A stretch of 39,558 nt of DNA. Source: a virus. A model generated the notes under the pieces. It did not search any database. It had not been told where the DNA came from and saw nothing but the letters and a program-made list of their open reading frames with translations. The position numbers and the translations under genes were made by a program. Below, in pieces: positions 24,806 through 34,033 of the stretch (position 1 is its first letter; each line of letters begins with the position of its first letter). The stretch is taken from the IMG/VR virus record IMGVR_UViG_3300020119_000145, positions 1 through 39,558 of that record. The stretch is one strand, 5' to 3'.

Positions 24806-25381
24806 ATGAAGAATTTTGTACGTATTATGTCAGGCATTGATATCTCTACGGCAATTAATTCGGTATGGCAAAACCCTCAATTATTCAATCAATACACGTT
24901 GCGCACTAAAACACCGGGCACTCCGCATTCAGAGGTCAGCGATATTTGGCTGCGCATGAATGATTTGAACAAATGCAAACAATCAATTGAATCATCGGAA
25001 CATTTCGATCACCGGGAAAGCATTAACTATCCGGCCTGGCACGAGCTGTCACCAGTCCAAGCGTTAATTATGGCAACCATGACCACGGTCCGAGGAACTC
25101 GGCTAGGACGTTGTTTTATTTCCAAGATGCCGCCCGGCGCCAAGATTGGGTCGCATAAAGATGTCGGGGATGATTTATCGATTTATTACGACAATGAACC
25201 TTACTACTCGCGCTTTCATATCGTGCTGCAGGGAGAGCCAGGAAGTTTATTTATTTGCGAGGATGAACAAGTGTGTATGCGCACCGGGGAGCTTTGGAGT
25301 TTTCGGGGGGATCGGGAGCATTCGGTCATCAATAATTCAGGTGGCGATAGAATCCATATTGTGTGTGATATCAAATGCTAA
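24806..25381 (+). CDS. Aspartyl/asparaginyl beta-hydroxylase-like Fe(II)/2-oxoglutarate oxygenase (cupin)
   Basis: PPGAKIGSHKD (HxD), RFHIVLQ, GELWSFRGDREHSVINNSGGDRIHIVCD. This is the remembered signature of the Asp/Asn hydroxylase (LpxO-related) family. Confidence 0.65.
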   Translation: MKNFVRIMSGIDISTAINSVWQNPQLFNQYTLRTKTPGTPHSEVSDIWLRMNDLNKCKQSIESSEHFDHRESINYPAWHELSPVQALIMATMTTVRGTRLGRCFISKMPPGAKIGSHKDVGDDLSIYYDNEPYYSRFHIVLQGEPGSLFICEDEQVCMRTGELWSFRGDREHSVINNSGGDRIHIVCDIKC

Positions 25382-25827
25382 CTGCACAGGTAGAAAATTT
25401 CACCGAAACGCTGGAAGAGTTAAAGCCTCTACTGCCGGCACATTATGAAGAATTGGCCCTCAATAAAGACAAAGTTCCTTTGTCGCCCCAATACAATATC
25501 TATGTAGACCGCGATGCGCAGGGCGGTATCTTGTTCGTGACCCTGCGGGATGAGGGGCGGTTGGCAGGGTATTTTATTGGATTTGTCGCACCGGGATTGC
25601 ATTACTCCACCTGCCTTACGCTACAAATGGACATTTTCTACGTATATCCTACCTTTAGAGGGTCGGGCGGCGGTAAATTGCTATTTCGTTTCGTTGAAGA
25701 AGAGGCGAGACGGCGCGGTATACAAAGGATGTTTGTTGGTTCAAAATGTCACAAAGAGGCCTCATGGTTATTCGAACATTTGGGGTATGAGCGGTGTGAG
25801 GTCTTTTACACCACTTGGCTAGGGTGA
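25375..25827 (+). CDS. GNAT-family N-acetyltransferase
   Basis: IFYVYPTFRGSGGGKLLFRFVEEEARRRGI is GNAT motif A (acetyl-CoA site). The gene overlaps the hydroxylase stop. Confidence 0.7.
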   Translation: MLTAQVENFTETLEELKPLLPAHYEELALNKDKVPLSPQYNIYVDRDAQGGILFVTLRDEGRLAGYFIGFVAPGLHYSTCLTLQMDIFYVYPTFRGSGGGKLLFRFVEEEARRRGIQRMFVGSKCHKEASWLFEHLGYERCEVFYTTWLG

Positions 25828-25854
25828 TCGCTGTGAAGCGAACAGGAGTGATAT

Positions 25855-26715
25855 ATGGTTGCCGCTGCTGTTGTCGGTAGTGCCGTTGTCGGTGGGGTTG
25901 TTAGCAGCCAGGCATCAAAGTCGGCTGCTGATTCTCAATCGAAAGCGGCTAAGAACGCATCAGATGCAACGATGCAGCAATTCTATACCATCAATGACCA
26001 GCAGGCGCCTTATCGCCAGTCGGGTTATGGAGCGTTATCCGCATTAAATAATTATCTCGGCATCGCCCAAAACGCGCCAGAACAATCCGAAGCAAACTTC
26101 GATTCAACCGCCTACCTAGCTGCTCATCCAGAAGTGGCCGACAAATCAAAGTGGGCCGGAACACCCTGGCAACATTATCAAATGTATGGCAAGGGCTACG
26201 GCTATCAATTTACCGGTAACAATGATTACAACAATCAATTAAAAACCTCCCAGAATGGGTCAAATAATCCGGGCTTTGGGCAATTCACACATCAATTCGA
26301 TGCGAACGACCTCAATGCCAACTTGGCGCCAAATTATGACTTCATGCTCAAGCAGGGTCAGGGGCAGGTAGGCAATACGTTAAATTCCACTGCGGGCCTA
26401 TTAAGTGGGAACGCCCAACAAGGTTTGAATACGTTCACGCAAAACTATGCGAAGAATGCCTATCAAGATGCATTCAATAATTACACGACCAATCAAACCA
26501 ATATCTATAACCGTCTCGCCTCGTTAGCCGGGCTGGGCCAAACCTCGCTGGGTCAAAGTGCGGCCGCCGGCACGGCCGCGACCAATGCCTCTAACAATTA
26601 TTTAACCTCTGGCGCCGCTGCCAATGCAGCAGGCACTGTCGGGCAGGCTAATGCGTTAAGTAATGCGGCGGGCACGATTGGGAATTATTACGCACTTTCA
26701 TCGATGGCGGCTTAA
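25855..26715 (+). CDS. Putative internal virion/ejection protein (gp7 position)
   Basis: AGGAG upstream. It has a hydrophobic Gly/Val N-terminus followed by a Gln/Asn/Ala-rich low-complexity region. Position fits. Confidence 0.45.
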   Translation: MVAAAVVGSAVVGGVVSSQASKSAADSQSKAAKNASDATMQQFYTINDQQAPYRQSGYGALSALNNYLGIAQNAPEQSEANFDSTAYLAAHPEVADKSKWAGTPWQHYQMYGKGYGYQFTGNNDYNNQLKTSQNGSNNPGFGQFTHQFDANDLNANLAPNYDFMLKQGQGQVGNTLNSTAGLLSGNAQQGLNTFTQNYAKNAYQDAFNNYTTNQTNIYNRLASLAGLGQTSLGQSAAAGTAATNASNNYLTSGAAANAAGTVGQANALSNAAGTIGNYYALSSMAA

Positions 26716-26717
26716 CC

Positions 26718-28064
26718 ATGGCAATTGATCCTTCGATAAGTCTATCCGCCAAAGCGCCCGATTCCATGGCGAATCTGTCCTCTCTTGCGGGCACGGCTAC
26801 AGCCTTACAGAATCTGAAAAAATCCAAGGCCACATTTGCCGCCGATGTTGCTCAACGCGCAGCCGAAGCACGTACCGCTGGCGCGAATGCGAATGTCGCG
26901 GAACAAACACAACAACCACTAATCGCTCAGCAACAAGCGCAGACTGAAACCGCGCAAACAGGGGCTCAGAAAGCCTCGTTTGATCTGACGAATGCCAAAC
27001 ATCAAAAAACGATAGAACAGATCACCGGATTGATCGGGGATGAAGCTATCCGTAATGGGGACCCGAAAGGGATCAGTGATGCCCTGGATTCAGCCGCGCA
27101 AAACGCCATCCAATACGGTTCAAGCCCCGAAGAAGTGCAGGCCTCGATTGCGCCTTTAAAACAATTAGCCATGAAGAATCCGAAAGCAGTACAGCCGGCC
27201 TTGGTTAATATGCTGCGACAAGGCTTAAACATGGGGAGCCAGGCGAATGTCCTGCAACCTTCCGGCCCGATGATCAATACTGGACAGGTTCAATACCAAG
27301 CTAATGTCAATCCATTGGCCGCCGCGCCACAAGGGCCAATAGCTGGGACTGGGGCAGTTAATCAAATCCCTGTAGGGACACAGGTATTCAATGCCGGTGC
27401 GAACGCTCCGCAATTGGTGGGCCCTGGCGGTATGGCTGGCCCTCAGTCGGGTGCTGCATTGGGCGTGCCTGAAAACATCAAAGGAACGGTTGACGTTGTT
27501 AACAACGATTTTGCTACGACTCAGGCCAATGCGGCGAATGCCCAGAACGCGATTTCCATTTTGCAGAACATCAAGAAATATGCACACGGTGCTGCTACTG
27601 GGATCGCGGGGACTGGCGGGATTGCCTCGATTGCCTCGGACATTGCGCGAGTTACGGGACTCAGCGAAGGTGATGTAAAAGCCAATACCGATATGTTAGC
27701 TAAGAACGCCAATATGTTAGCGCTTACGGGCGGCGATACGAATTTGGCCAGAACCCTGGCGGAGGCGGCCAACCCCAATACCCATATGAACCCGGAGGCG
27801 ATTCGCAAAGCAGCCGATCAGGTCATGTCGATTCACGAATTGAGTTTGGCCAAACAAAAATACATCGGCCAATTTAAGAACGATCCGCAAACCTACGTGC
27901 AGAAACTGGCCGATTTTAACGCGGTGGCTGATCCACGTGTTTTCCAACTAAAAAACATGAGCCTCAAAGAAAAGGCCGAAATGAAATCATCGATGACACC
28001 TGCCGAACAGCAACAGTTTGGCGAGATTCTACGTAAAGCCGAATCGATGGGGATCGTTAAATGA
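26718..28064 (+). CDS. Putative ejection protein (gp20 position)
   Basis: 448 aa, Ala/Gln-rich and helical. Called by position only. Confidence 0.45.
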   Translation: MAIDPSISLSAKAPDSMANLSSLAGTATALQNLKKSKATFAADVAQRAAEARTAGANANVAEQTQQPLIAQQQAQTETAQTGAQKASFDLTNAKHQKTIEQITGLIGDEAIRNGDPKGISDALDSAAQNAIQYGSSPEEVQASIAPLKQLAMKNPKAVQPALVNMLRQGLNMGSQANVLQPSGPMINTGQVQYQANVNPLAAAPQGPIAGTGAVNQIPVGTQVFNAGANAPQLVGPGGMAGPQSGAALGVPENIKGTVDVVNNDFATTQANAANAQNAISILQNIKKYAHGAATGIAGTGGIASIASDIARVTGLSEGDVKANTDMLAKNANMLALTGGDTNLARTLAEAANPNTHMNPEAIRKAADQVMSIHELSLAKQKYIGQFKNDPQTYVQKLADFNAVADPRVFQLKNMSLKEKAEMKSSMTPAEQQQFGEILRKAESMGIVK

Positions 28065-30088
28065 GTCTCGCCGCCGACTGGGACAAGATTCCGACTCCGG
28101 CACAAGGGAAATCTTTGGCGGATGATTGGGAATCGATCCCTGCGGCCAAGCCCGAAGAGCCGGGCTATATGTCAAAAATTGGCGATTCAGCGCGCAAATT
28201 CCAAGCTGCCGTTGATAAAGACAATGCTTTGATGACCGCTCCCAAAGCGGTTGGCGAAGTCGCACTCAATGCGGTGACGGGAGCCCCTCTCACACTGTTA
28301 AAACACGGCGTGGAAGAGGGTGCTTATCTCTCCGGCCAAGCACCCCAACAAGCGGCAACGACGGCGCAGCGCGTGATTCCGGTTGACGGGTATCAGCCCC
28401 AGTCGGAGGCCGGTCAAGCATTAGGCGAGCTGGCAGGCAATGTGGTGAGCCCCCTCGTCGATGCGGGAAAATGGGCCGCTCAGAAATTAGGGTTATCGCC
28501 TGCTGCCCAGAATATCGCGGGGGATTTTGCCCCGGTTGTCGTTCCCAAAGTTGCAAGCGCGGTCGGCAAGGCAGTTATCAGTCCTCTCGACACGGTTGCA
28601 AAAGCCTCCAATATTGTACAAACCGGCATTGAAAACGCTAAGGCAATGCCAGGACTGACTAAAGATATTGCCTCGCAAGGTTCGTTATCCGCTATGCGGG
28701 CGCGCTTTAATCAGTTGGCTGACCAAGGCAATGCTCCAGCTTCTCAGAATGCCATTACGCCACAAATGTTACGTGGTCAGGAGCCTCTTCCAGAATCAGT
28801 CAAAGAAGTGCCTAAACAGGCCCCAGAGATTACCCCGGAGAATGCAAGCCCGGAGCTGAAAGCTGTTTTAGACAAAACTCAGAATTTAGGCCAGGAGGCG
28901 GTCAAGCGTCAGCTAGAGGCCGATTCCCTTCCGGTGAAAATGCAACTATCCCCCGGTCAGGCAGCGAACGACATTCATAAGTTATCGGATGAGTTCAATA
29001 TGCGCGGCACCAAGGAAGGGGCACCCTTGGCGGATTTGTTCAATCGCCAAAATTCGAATTTAATCGATAACGTCAATGCCATCCGTGATCGTGCTGCGCC
29101 TAAGGCCAGTGGGTTAGACCATGTCGAGAATGGCGAGTCGTTGATGACGGCCTATCAAACCGCCGACGCCCAGCTGAGAAATATGATCAGCGATAAGTAC
29201 AAGGCGTTAGAAGAAGCCAATGGCGGGCAGTTTCCTTTGGATGGAAAATCATTCGTCGATGCTGCTGATGAAGCCCTGGCCAAAAAGCTCAAAACTCATT
29301 ACGTCCCGGCCGATGTCAGGGCAACCCTCAATGATTTACGGGAGGGCGGCAAAATGACGTTTGAAGATTTCGAAACCCTGCGCTCTGACCTGGCTGAAAC
29401 CGCCCGCAGTGCAACAGATGGAAAAGTCAGGCAGGCGGCCTCCATCATCCGGCAGAAGCTCGAAGACATGCCCATGCCCGAAGGTGCTGAGCACTTAAAA
29501 CCTTTAGCCGACGCCGCAAGAAGCGCTGCTAAATCTCGATTTGATCTGTTGGATAAAGACCCTGCTTATAAAGCGGCGGTGAATGAATCCACCCCGCCCG
29601 ATAAGTTTGTGCAAAAGTATATAATTAACGGCAACAAGAATGATTTACAGCAGATGCGCGAGAATCTGGCCGGTGATCCGGTGGCGCATGAAAACATTGC
29701 GGCTGCAGCCATCAATTATCTGAAGTCACGCGCGGGAATCGTTAACGACAATGGCAATTTCAGTCAAGCTGGATATAACAAGGCGCTGGAACAATTAAAA
29801 CCCAAATTAGATTATTTATTTGATCCGGTCACCGCGCAGCAGATTCAAACCCTCGGGAATGTTTCTCGCTATACCCAGTTACAGCCTAAAGGATCGTATT
29901 TCAATAATTCCAATACTTTTGTATCGGCCGCTAAAGGTGCTGCCGAGGGTGCGTTGAATGTTAAAACGTATGGGTTATCCGGGGTTGTGAAAGATGCATT
30001 TACTTCCGGCAAGAAAGCGCGCGCCGCTCAAGAAGCGGTTAAGCCAGGAGCCGGGATTCAATTGAAAGACATTGGTAAGAATCAATAA
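28061..30088 (+). CDS. Putative ejection protein (gp16 position)
   Basis: 675 aa, helical and Ala/Lys-rich, with an ATGA overlap to the previous gene. Called by position only. Confidence 0.45.
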   Translation: MSLAADWDKIPTPAQGKSLADDWESIPAAKPEEPGYMSKIGDSARKFQAAVDKDNALMTAPKAVGEVALNAVTGAPLTLLKHGVEEGAYLSGQAPQQAATTAQRVIPVDGYQPQSEAGQALGELAGNVVSPLVDAGKWAAQKLGLSPAAQNIAGDFAPVVVPKVASAVGKAVISPLDTVAKASNIVQTGIENAKAMPGLTKDIASQGSLSAMRARFNQLADQGNAPASQNAITPQMLRGQEPLPESVKEVPKQAPEITPENASPELKAVLDKTQNLGQEAVKRQLEADSLPVKMQLSPGQAANDIHKLSDEFNMRGTKEGAPLADLFNRQNSNLIDNVNAIRDRAAPKASGLDHVENGESLMTAYQTADAQLRNMISDKYKALEEANGGQFPLDGKSFVDAADEALAKKLKTHYVPADVRATLNDLREGGKMTFEDFETLRSDLAETARSATDGKVRQAASIIRQKLEDMPMPEGAEHLKPLADAARSAAKSRFDLLDKDPAYKAAVNESTPPDKFVQKYIINGNKNDLQQMRENLAGDPVAHENIAAAAINYLKSRAGIVNDNGNFSQAGYNKALEQLKPKLDYLFDPVTAQQIQTLGNVSRYTQLQPKGSYFNNSNTFVSAAKGAAEGALNVKTYGLSGVVKDAFTSGKKARAAQEAVKPGAGIQLKDIGKNQ

Positions 30089-30240
30089 CGCGAGGGTTTT
30101 CGCAACCAGAGGACGAATTTTTTACCGACTTGCGAAATACAGAACAGGAATATACCGACTGCGATGGCGGCGAATATTGACCCACCGTTAGCACATACAA
30201 TCAATGCGAAAGTAACAATTAACAGATAGATCAGATTCAT
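30082..30240 (-). CDS. 52-aa two-TM membrane peptide on the opposite strand (moron-like; P22 sieA position)
   Basis: Hand-translated: MNLIYLLIVTFALIVCANGGSIFAAIAVGIFLFCISQVGKKFVLWLRKPSRY. It fills the only gap in the late operon. I saw no clear SD. Confidence 0.35.
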   Translation of the reverse strand: MNLIYLLIVTFALIVCANGGSIFAAIAVGIFLFCISQVGKKFVLWLRKPSRY

Positions 30241-30250
30241 AGGGTGAGAT

Positions 30251-32455
30251 ATGACAGCTAACTTAATGCCGTGGCCATTGGCGAAATTCTTTCAGCCCAA
30301 TACGAATCTACCCCTGGCAGGGGGCAAAGTCTATACCTACGCCGCAGGGACTGCCACGCCCCTGGCGACCTATTCCGATCCTGCCGGGACAATTCCTAAT
30401 GCAAATCCGGTCATCTTAAATGCCAATGGCGAGGCCTCCATCTATTTAACCGATGGGCTTAGTTATAAAATAAATCTATTAGATGCCAGCAATGTACAAG
30501 TCCCTGGCTATCCAATTGATCAAATCACGAATCTCAGTTTTGCCGCCTCTCAATTACGCGCCGATCTGGCCAATACCGCTAATTCCGCGTTAGGGGATGC
30601 TTTAATCGGTGTCCATCGCACTGGAACGGGAGCTGTTGCTCAATCCTTGCATAATTGGATCGAGACGCGGGTATATAACATCATGGATTTTATTGATCCA
30701 TTATCACCGCCCACAGACTGGACCGTTGCTATTAATCTTGCCTATGCGCGCATCCCGTCCACCGGTGGCATATTGGAATTTCCCGAAGGAGATTTTGCCT
30801 TTGGAACCGCCCTAAGCTTCACCAATGCAAAACCATTGATCGTTAGGGGTCAGGGGGAATTTGCCACGCGACTAAGGCCCACTTTCGCAGCGGGGAATGC
30901 GCTGACGGTGAATGGGCCGTCCCTATTCGGGATGAAAGACCTGCGCATCGTTCCTACGGTGGCGAGAACCAATGGCACCTATGATCTTTATTGTCAGAAT
31001 ATGGAGACCTGTGTTTTATCCAATCTGTATTTAGATAACGATACTGGCGGTCTCATTAAAGTTGAAACGTGTAATTTTCTTCAAATGGATAACGTAAGAG
31101 GAGAGTCGGGTGATGCCTCTTCGAACACAGGGGATACCTGCCTGCGGTTAAAATCGGTGGGAGGCTGTGTCGATAATACGATTATGCGAACCCTAGCCCC
31201 CAGTGGAACGTATTCAAATGGTCCATCGCTATTCATTAGTGGTCCGCTCACATCGTTAAGAATTGGTGGCACCTGTGCATTTTCGGGCGGCGGCCCTCGA
31301 TCTAAATTTAATGTATCGGGCATTGTGTCGACGGGAGCTAATTTTACGGTCACCACTTCAGTCGCGCATGATTTCCAGGCGGGTGATTTTTTGGTGCTTC
31401 GTGGCTGCACTCCGGCTGCGTATAATAAATTATGGCGAATTGCCTCGGTCGGCAGTTCTACCCTTGTTGTGACCAGTACGGCCAATCCTGGCCCTACCTC
31501 AGTCAACGGCACGGCGGAATCAATAACAGCCTGTGCATTCATCTCGAATGAAGATGGGGCCTGCAATGAATCGAGCATTGCCGGTGGGGTTTTGTTTGAG
31601 GCCATGCAAACCAATTTATATGGAACAGTTGGACTGTACTTCGATGGCCGCCGAGGAACAGCCGGTGCTCGGTATGCGATGCAGGGCTGGAATATTACGG
31701 GTAATTATTATGATTTCGGCTGTATGGGGGTTCTGTTAAGCGGTACGGCGGCTACTGCGTCAAACGATCCAACCTTGTTTGGTTTTGATGTCGATGGCAC
31801 CTACGAATCCATTACGCGCGGCATCCATGTTGATCAAGCCTGCGGCATCACAATTGGACGAGTGAGGGGCATCGCCAATCAATCTTCGGCTAACGACAAT
31901 TTAAGCAACAGTTCTGCTATTTATATTTATGCCGGTCCCTCCGCGCCATTTTCGCAGGGGATTACGATCAATGGCTCAAACATAGGGCAGGTACGCTCAT
32001 GGTATACCGGGCATGGCGGCAGATGTTACTCCAACGGGATAACGCTCGACAGCCCTGGTATTGATGATTTAACCATCACTGGCGCGACAGTGTATGGCAG
32101 TGGCAGTGCTATTTCCGATGTTAATGGAGCCGTTGTTACTGCTCAGCGCTGGAAGATAAGAAATAACACCTTGGCCAGCGGGGCATGGCCTATCAGTAAT
32201 TCGACCATTATCCCGCAAATTGCTTCTGCCACGAACATTAATATCGATCCTTTCAAAGATGTTCAAAAAATCACCGGCACGACCAACATCCAAGGTATAG
32301 CGCCCGGCTGGTTTGGCAAGGAAGTCACCTTAATATTTACCGGCGCATTGAATCTGGTATCCGGAGGAAATATAGCGGTGACTGCTAATTATGTAGTAGC
32401 AGCGGGGACGGCTGTTAATTTATACAATGATGGTACTAGCTGGTACGTGCGGTAA
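30251..32455 (+). CDS. Tailspike/depolymerase with right-handed beta-helix (pectate-lyase-like)
   Basis: The N-terminus FFQPNTNLPLAGGKVYTYAAGTATPLATYSDPAGTIPNANPVILNANGEASIYL is a common fibre/spike head motif. It continues with YNIMDFIDP...GGILEFPEGDF and a long beta-helix-type region. Confidence 0.7.
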   Translation: MTANLMPWPLAKFFQPNTNLPLAGGKVYTYAAGTATPLATYSDPAGTIPNANPVILNANGEASIYLTDGLSYKINLLDASNVQVPGYPIDQITNLSFAASQLRADLANTANSALGDALIGVHRTGTGAVAQSLHNWIETRVYNIMDFIDPLSPPTDWTVAINLAYARIPSTGGILEFPEGDFAFGTALSFTNAKPLIVRGQGEFATRLRPTFAAGNALTVNGPSLFGMKDLRIVPTVARTNGTYDLYCQNMETCVLSNLYLDNDTGGLIKVETCNFLQMDNVRGESGDASSNTGDTCLRLKSVGGCVDNTIMRTLAPSGTYSNGPSLFISGPLTSLRIGGTCAFSGGGPRSKFNVSGIVSTGANFTVTTSVAHDFQAGDFLVLRGCTPAAYNKLWRIASVGSSTLVVTSTANPGPTSVNGTAESITACAFISNEDGACNESSIAGGVLFEAMQTNLYGTVGLYFDGRRGTAGARYAMQGWNITGNYYDFGCMGVLLSGTAATASNDPTLFGFDVDGTYESITRGIHVDQACGITIGRVRGIANQSSANDNLSNSSAIYIYAGPSAPFSQGITINGSNIGQVRSWYTGHGGRCYSNGITLDSPGIDDLTITGATVYGSGSAISDVNGAVVTAQRWKIRNNTLASGAWPISNSTIIPQIASATNINIDPFKDVQKITGTTNIQGIAPGWFGKEVTLIFTGALNLVSGGNIAVTANYVVAAGTAVNLYNDGTSWYVR

Positions 32456-32476
32456 ATTAGTTATAAGGAGCACGGG

Positions 32477-32755
32477 GTGAAGAATGAGGGCGATGCGGTG
32501 AGGGATGATGCACAGGATGATTTCTTTGCACACTTGCGCAAGCAGGATGCGGAGATAGCAGCGATTCGGGAGGATATTCAATTCCTTGTTGACGTCAGCA
32601 GGAATCTGGAAGGCTTTGCACAATTTTGTTGTCGCTGGGGCCGCAGGATTAATCGAATGATGAAGTGGATCGCGACGATTGTGGCTCCTTTGGTCACTGT
32701 ATACGCCTTGTTCAAAGATTCGATTGACGCCTTATTCAAGCGGTGGTTTGGATGA
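32477..32755 (+). CDS. Membrane-anchored protein at the head of the lysis cassette (GTG start; possible holin or antiholin partner)
   Basis: Track ORF. It has an acidic N-terminal domain and one C-terminal TM (WIATIVAPLVTVYALF). It makes an ATGA overlap with the next gene. Confidence 0.4.
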   Translation: MKNEGDAVRDDAQDDFFAHLRKQDAEIAAIREDIQFLVDVSRNLEGFAQFCCRWGRRINRMMKWIATIVAPLVTVYALFKDSIDALFKRWFG

Positions 32756-33171
32756 TCGAGCTTCTGCGTCGGTATAACCCGGATGGCACATTCGGTCAGA
32801 TGACGTTAGAGGATGGATCGGTCTTTGCGACAGTAGAAAGGCCCTGGCTGGATAATCAGGTCGGCGTTAGCTGCATACCCGAAGGCGTTTACACCTTAGC
32901 GTTGCGCGATTCCGAAGTGGTCAATCGAACCACGCACGGTAAATATCAGCGCGGCTGGAATGTCACCAATGTCCCTGAGCGCAGCCTCATCATGATCCAT
33001 ATTGCCAATTTTCCACACGATGTCCAAGGTTGTATTGGGGTAGGGTTAAAACAAGGTTATCTCGCCGGCAAATACGCTGTATTGCAGTCTCGTTTTGCCT
33101 TTGATCGCTTGATGGCCAAACTGGCACTGAAAGATACATGGACCTTAGAAATCAAGAAAGATGCAACCTAA
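32752..33171 (+). CDS. DUF5675-family protein (YkuD-like H...GC core); candidate endolysin
   Basis: TFGQMTLEDG...ERPWLDNQVGVSCIPEGVYTL...LIMIHIANFPHDVQGCIGVG matches the remembered DUF5675 pattern (G.L....TLE....N....SCIPeG.Y ... IH.GN....GCI.vG). Confidence 0.6.
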   Translation: MIELLRRYNPDGTFGQMTLEDGSVFATVERPWLDNQVGVSCIPEGVYTLALRDSEVVNRTTHGKYQRGWNVTNVPERSLIMIHIANFPHDVQGCIGVGLKQGYLAGKYAVLQSRFAFDRLMAKLALKDTWTLEIKKDAT

Positions 33172-33189
33172 CTTTCCCGGAGATTATCT

Positions 33190-33597
33190 ATGTCATTAGA
33201 CCCTTTAACCGCCGCCCTTGATATTGGCAACAAAGTAATCGATCGATTATGGCCAGATCCCACACAGGCCGCTGCTGCCAAGATGGAACTACTGAAACTC
33301 CAGCAATCGGGAGAGCTTCAGCAAATTGCCGGGCAAATCGAGATTAACAAGGTAGAGGCTGCCAACACGAACATATTCGTCGCTGGCTGGCGACCCTTCG
33401 TTGGGTGGGTGCGCGGTCTCGCTTTTGCCTATGCAGCGATTGGAGAGCCTTTGGCGCGGTTTGTGGCAACAGTCTGCTACCACTATGCCGGAACCTATCC
33501 TGCTATCGACACAACACTCACGATGCAATTATTGTTTGGCTTGCTCGGCCTGGGCGCGTTTCGCTCATTCGATAAAGTCAAAGGCACCTCTAAATAA
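33190..33597 (+). CDS. Holin, 3-TM (GTA-release holin) family
   Basis: DRLWPDPTQAAAAKMELLKLQQSGELQQIAGQIEINKVEAANTNIFVAGWRPFVGW matches the remembered N-terminal signature of the holin-of-3TMs family. Hydrophobic segments follow. Confidence 0.65.
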   Translation: MSLDPLTAALDIGNKVIDRLWPDPTQAAAAKMELLKLQQSGELQQIAGQIEINKVEAANTNIFVAGWRPFVGWVRGLAFAYAAIGEPLARFVATVCYHYAGTYPAIDTTLTMQLLFGLLGLGAFRSFDKVKGTSK

Positions 33598-33609
33598 TGG
33601 GAGACTCCA

Positions 33610-34017
33610 ATGAAAAGACTTATGCTCGCTGTCCTGTGTGCCTCTGCTGGTTTTGCTGGTGCGATCAATCCGTGCCCAACGGGATCGGGCACCACTTGCC
33701 CGGTGAACACTGTGTGTTTAAGCTGGAGCCCACCGACTACAAGAGAGAGTGGGGCAGCTATTGGGCTAAGCGAAATAGCAAATTATCAACTACGGTTAAA
33801 TAATAATTCTCCGATCACCGTGACGGGCACGAGTTACAACTACCTGGTTCCTACCGATACTACGGTGAAAACAACCGATACCTGGTCAATTTTTACCGTG
33901 GATACCTTGGGGAATAAAAGCACCACACCGGCCAGCTGTTTACAGCCGGTAGCGGTGGCCGGAAAAAAGTCCAATCCAGGCGCCCCCACTGTGCTTATGA
34001 TCATTACGGGCGGGTAG
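33610..34017 (+). CDS. Secreted protein with signal peptide and FN3-like domain
   Basis: MKRLMLAVLCASAGFAGA is a Sec signal with no canonical lipobox. LSWSPPTTRESGAAIGLSEIANYQLRL is an FN3-type strand pattern. Confidence 0.5.
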   Translation: MKRLMLAVLCASAGFAGAINPCPTGSGTTCPVNTVCLSWSPPTTRESGAAIGLSEIANYQLRLNNNSPITVTGTSYNYLVPTDTTVKTTDTWSIFTVDTLGNKSTTPASCLQPVAVAGKKSNPGAPTVLMIITGG

Positions 34018-34033
34018 TGTGTACGCGGTGGAA

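Noticed and set aside
33597-33803. 68-aa Cys-rich ORF overlapping the start of the secreted FN3-like gene
   Set aside because: It lies in an alternate frame of a gene with a clean signal peptide and SD. I kept the 33610 frame only.
33610-34017. Outer-membrane spanin (lipoprotein) interpretation of the last lysis-cassette gene
   Set aside because: The residues before the first Cys (A-V-L-C) do not fit a lipobox. The peptide looks like a Sec signal cleaved after AGA, and no embedded or adjacent i-spanin partner is present.
34018-34033. Terminator at the convergent junction of the late (+) and leftward early (-) operons
   Set aside because: Only 16 bp separate the two stop codons, and I could not find a hairpin plus T-run there. 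No terminator is called, so convergent read-through may occur.
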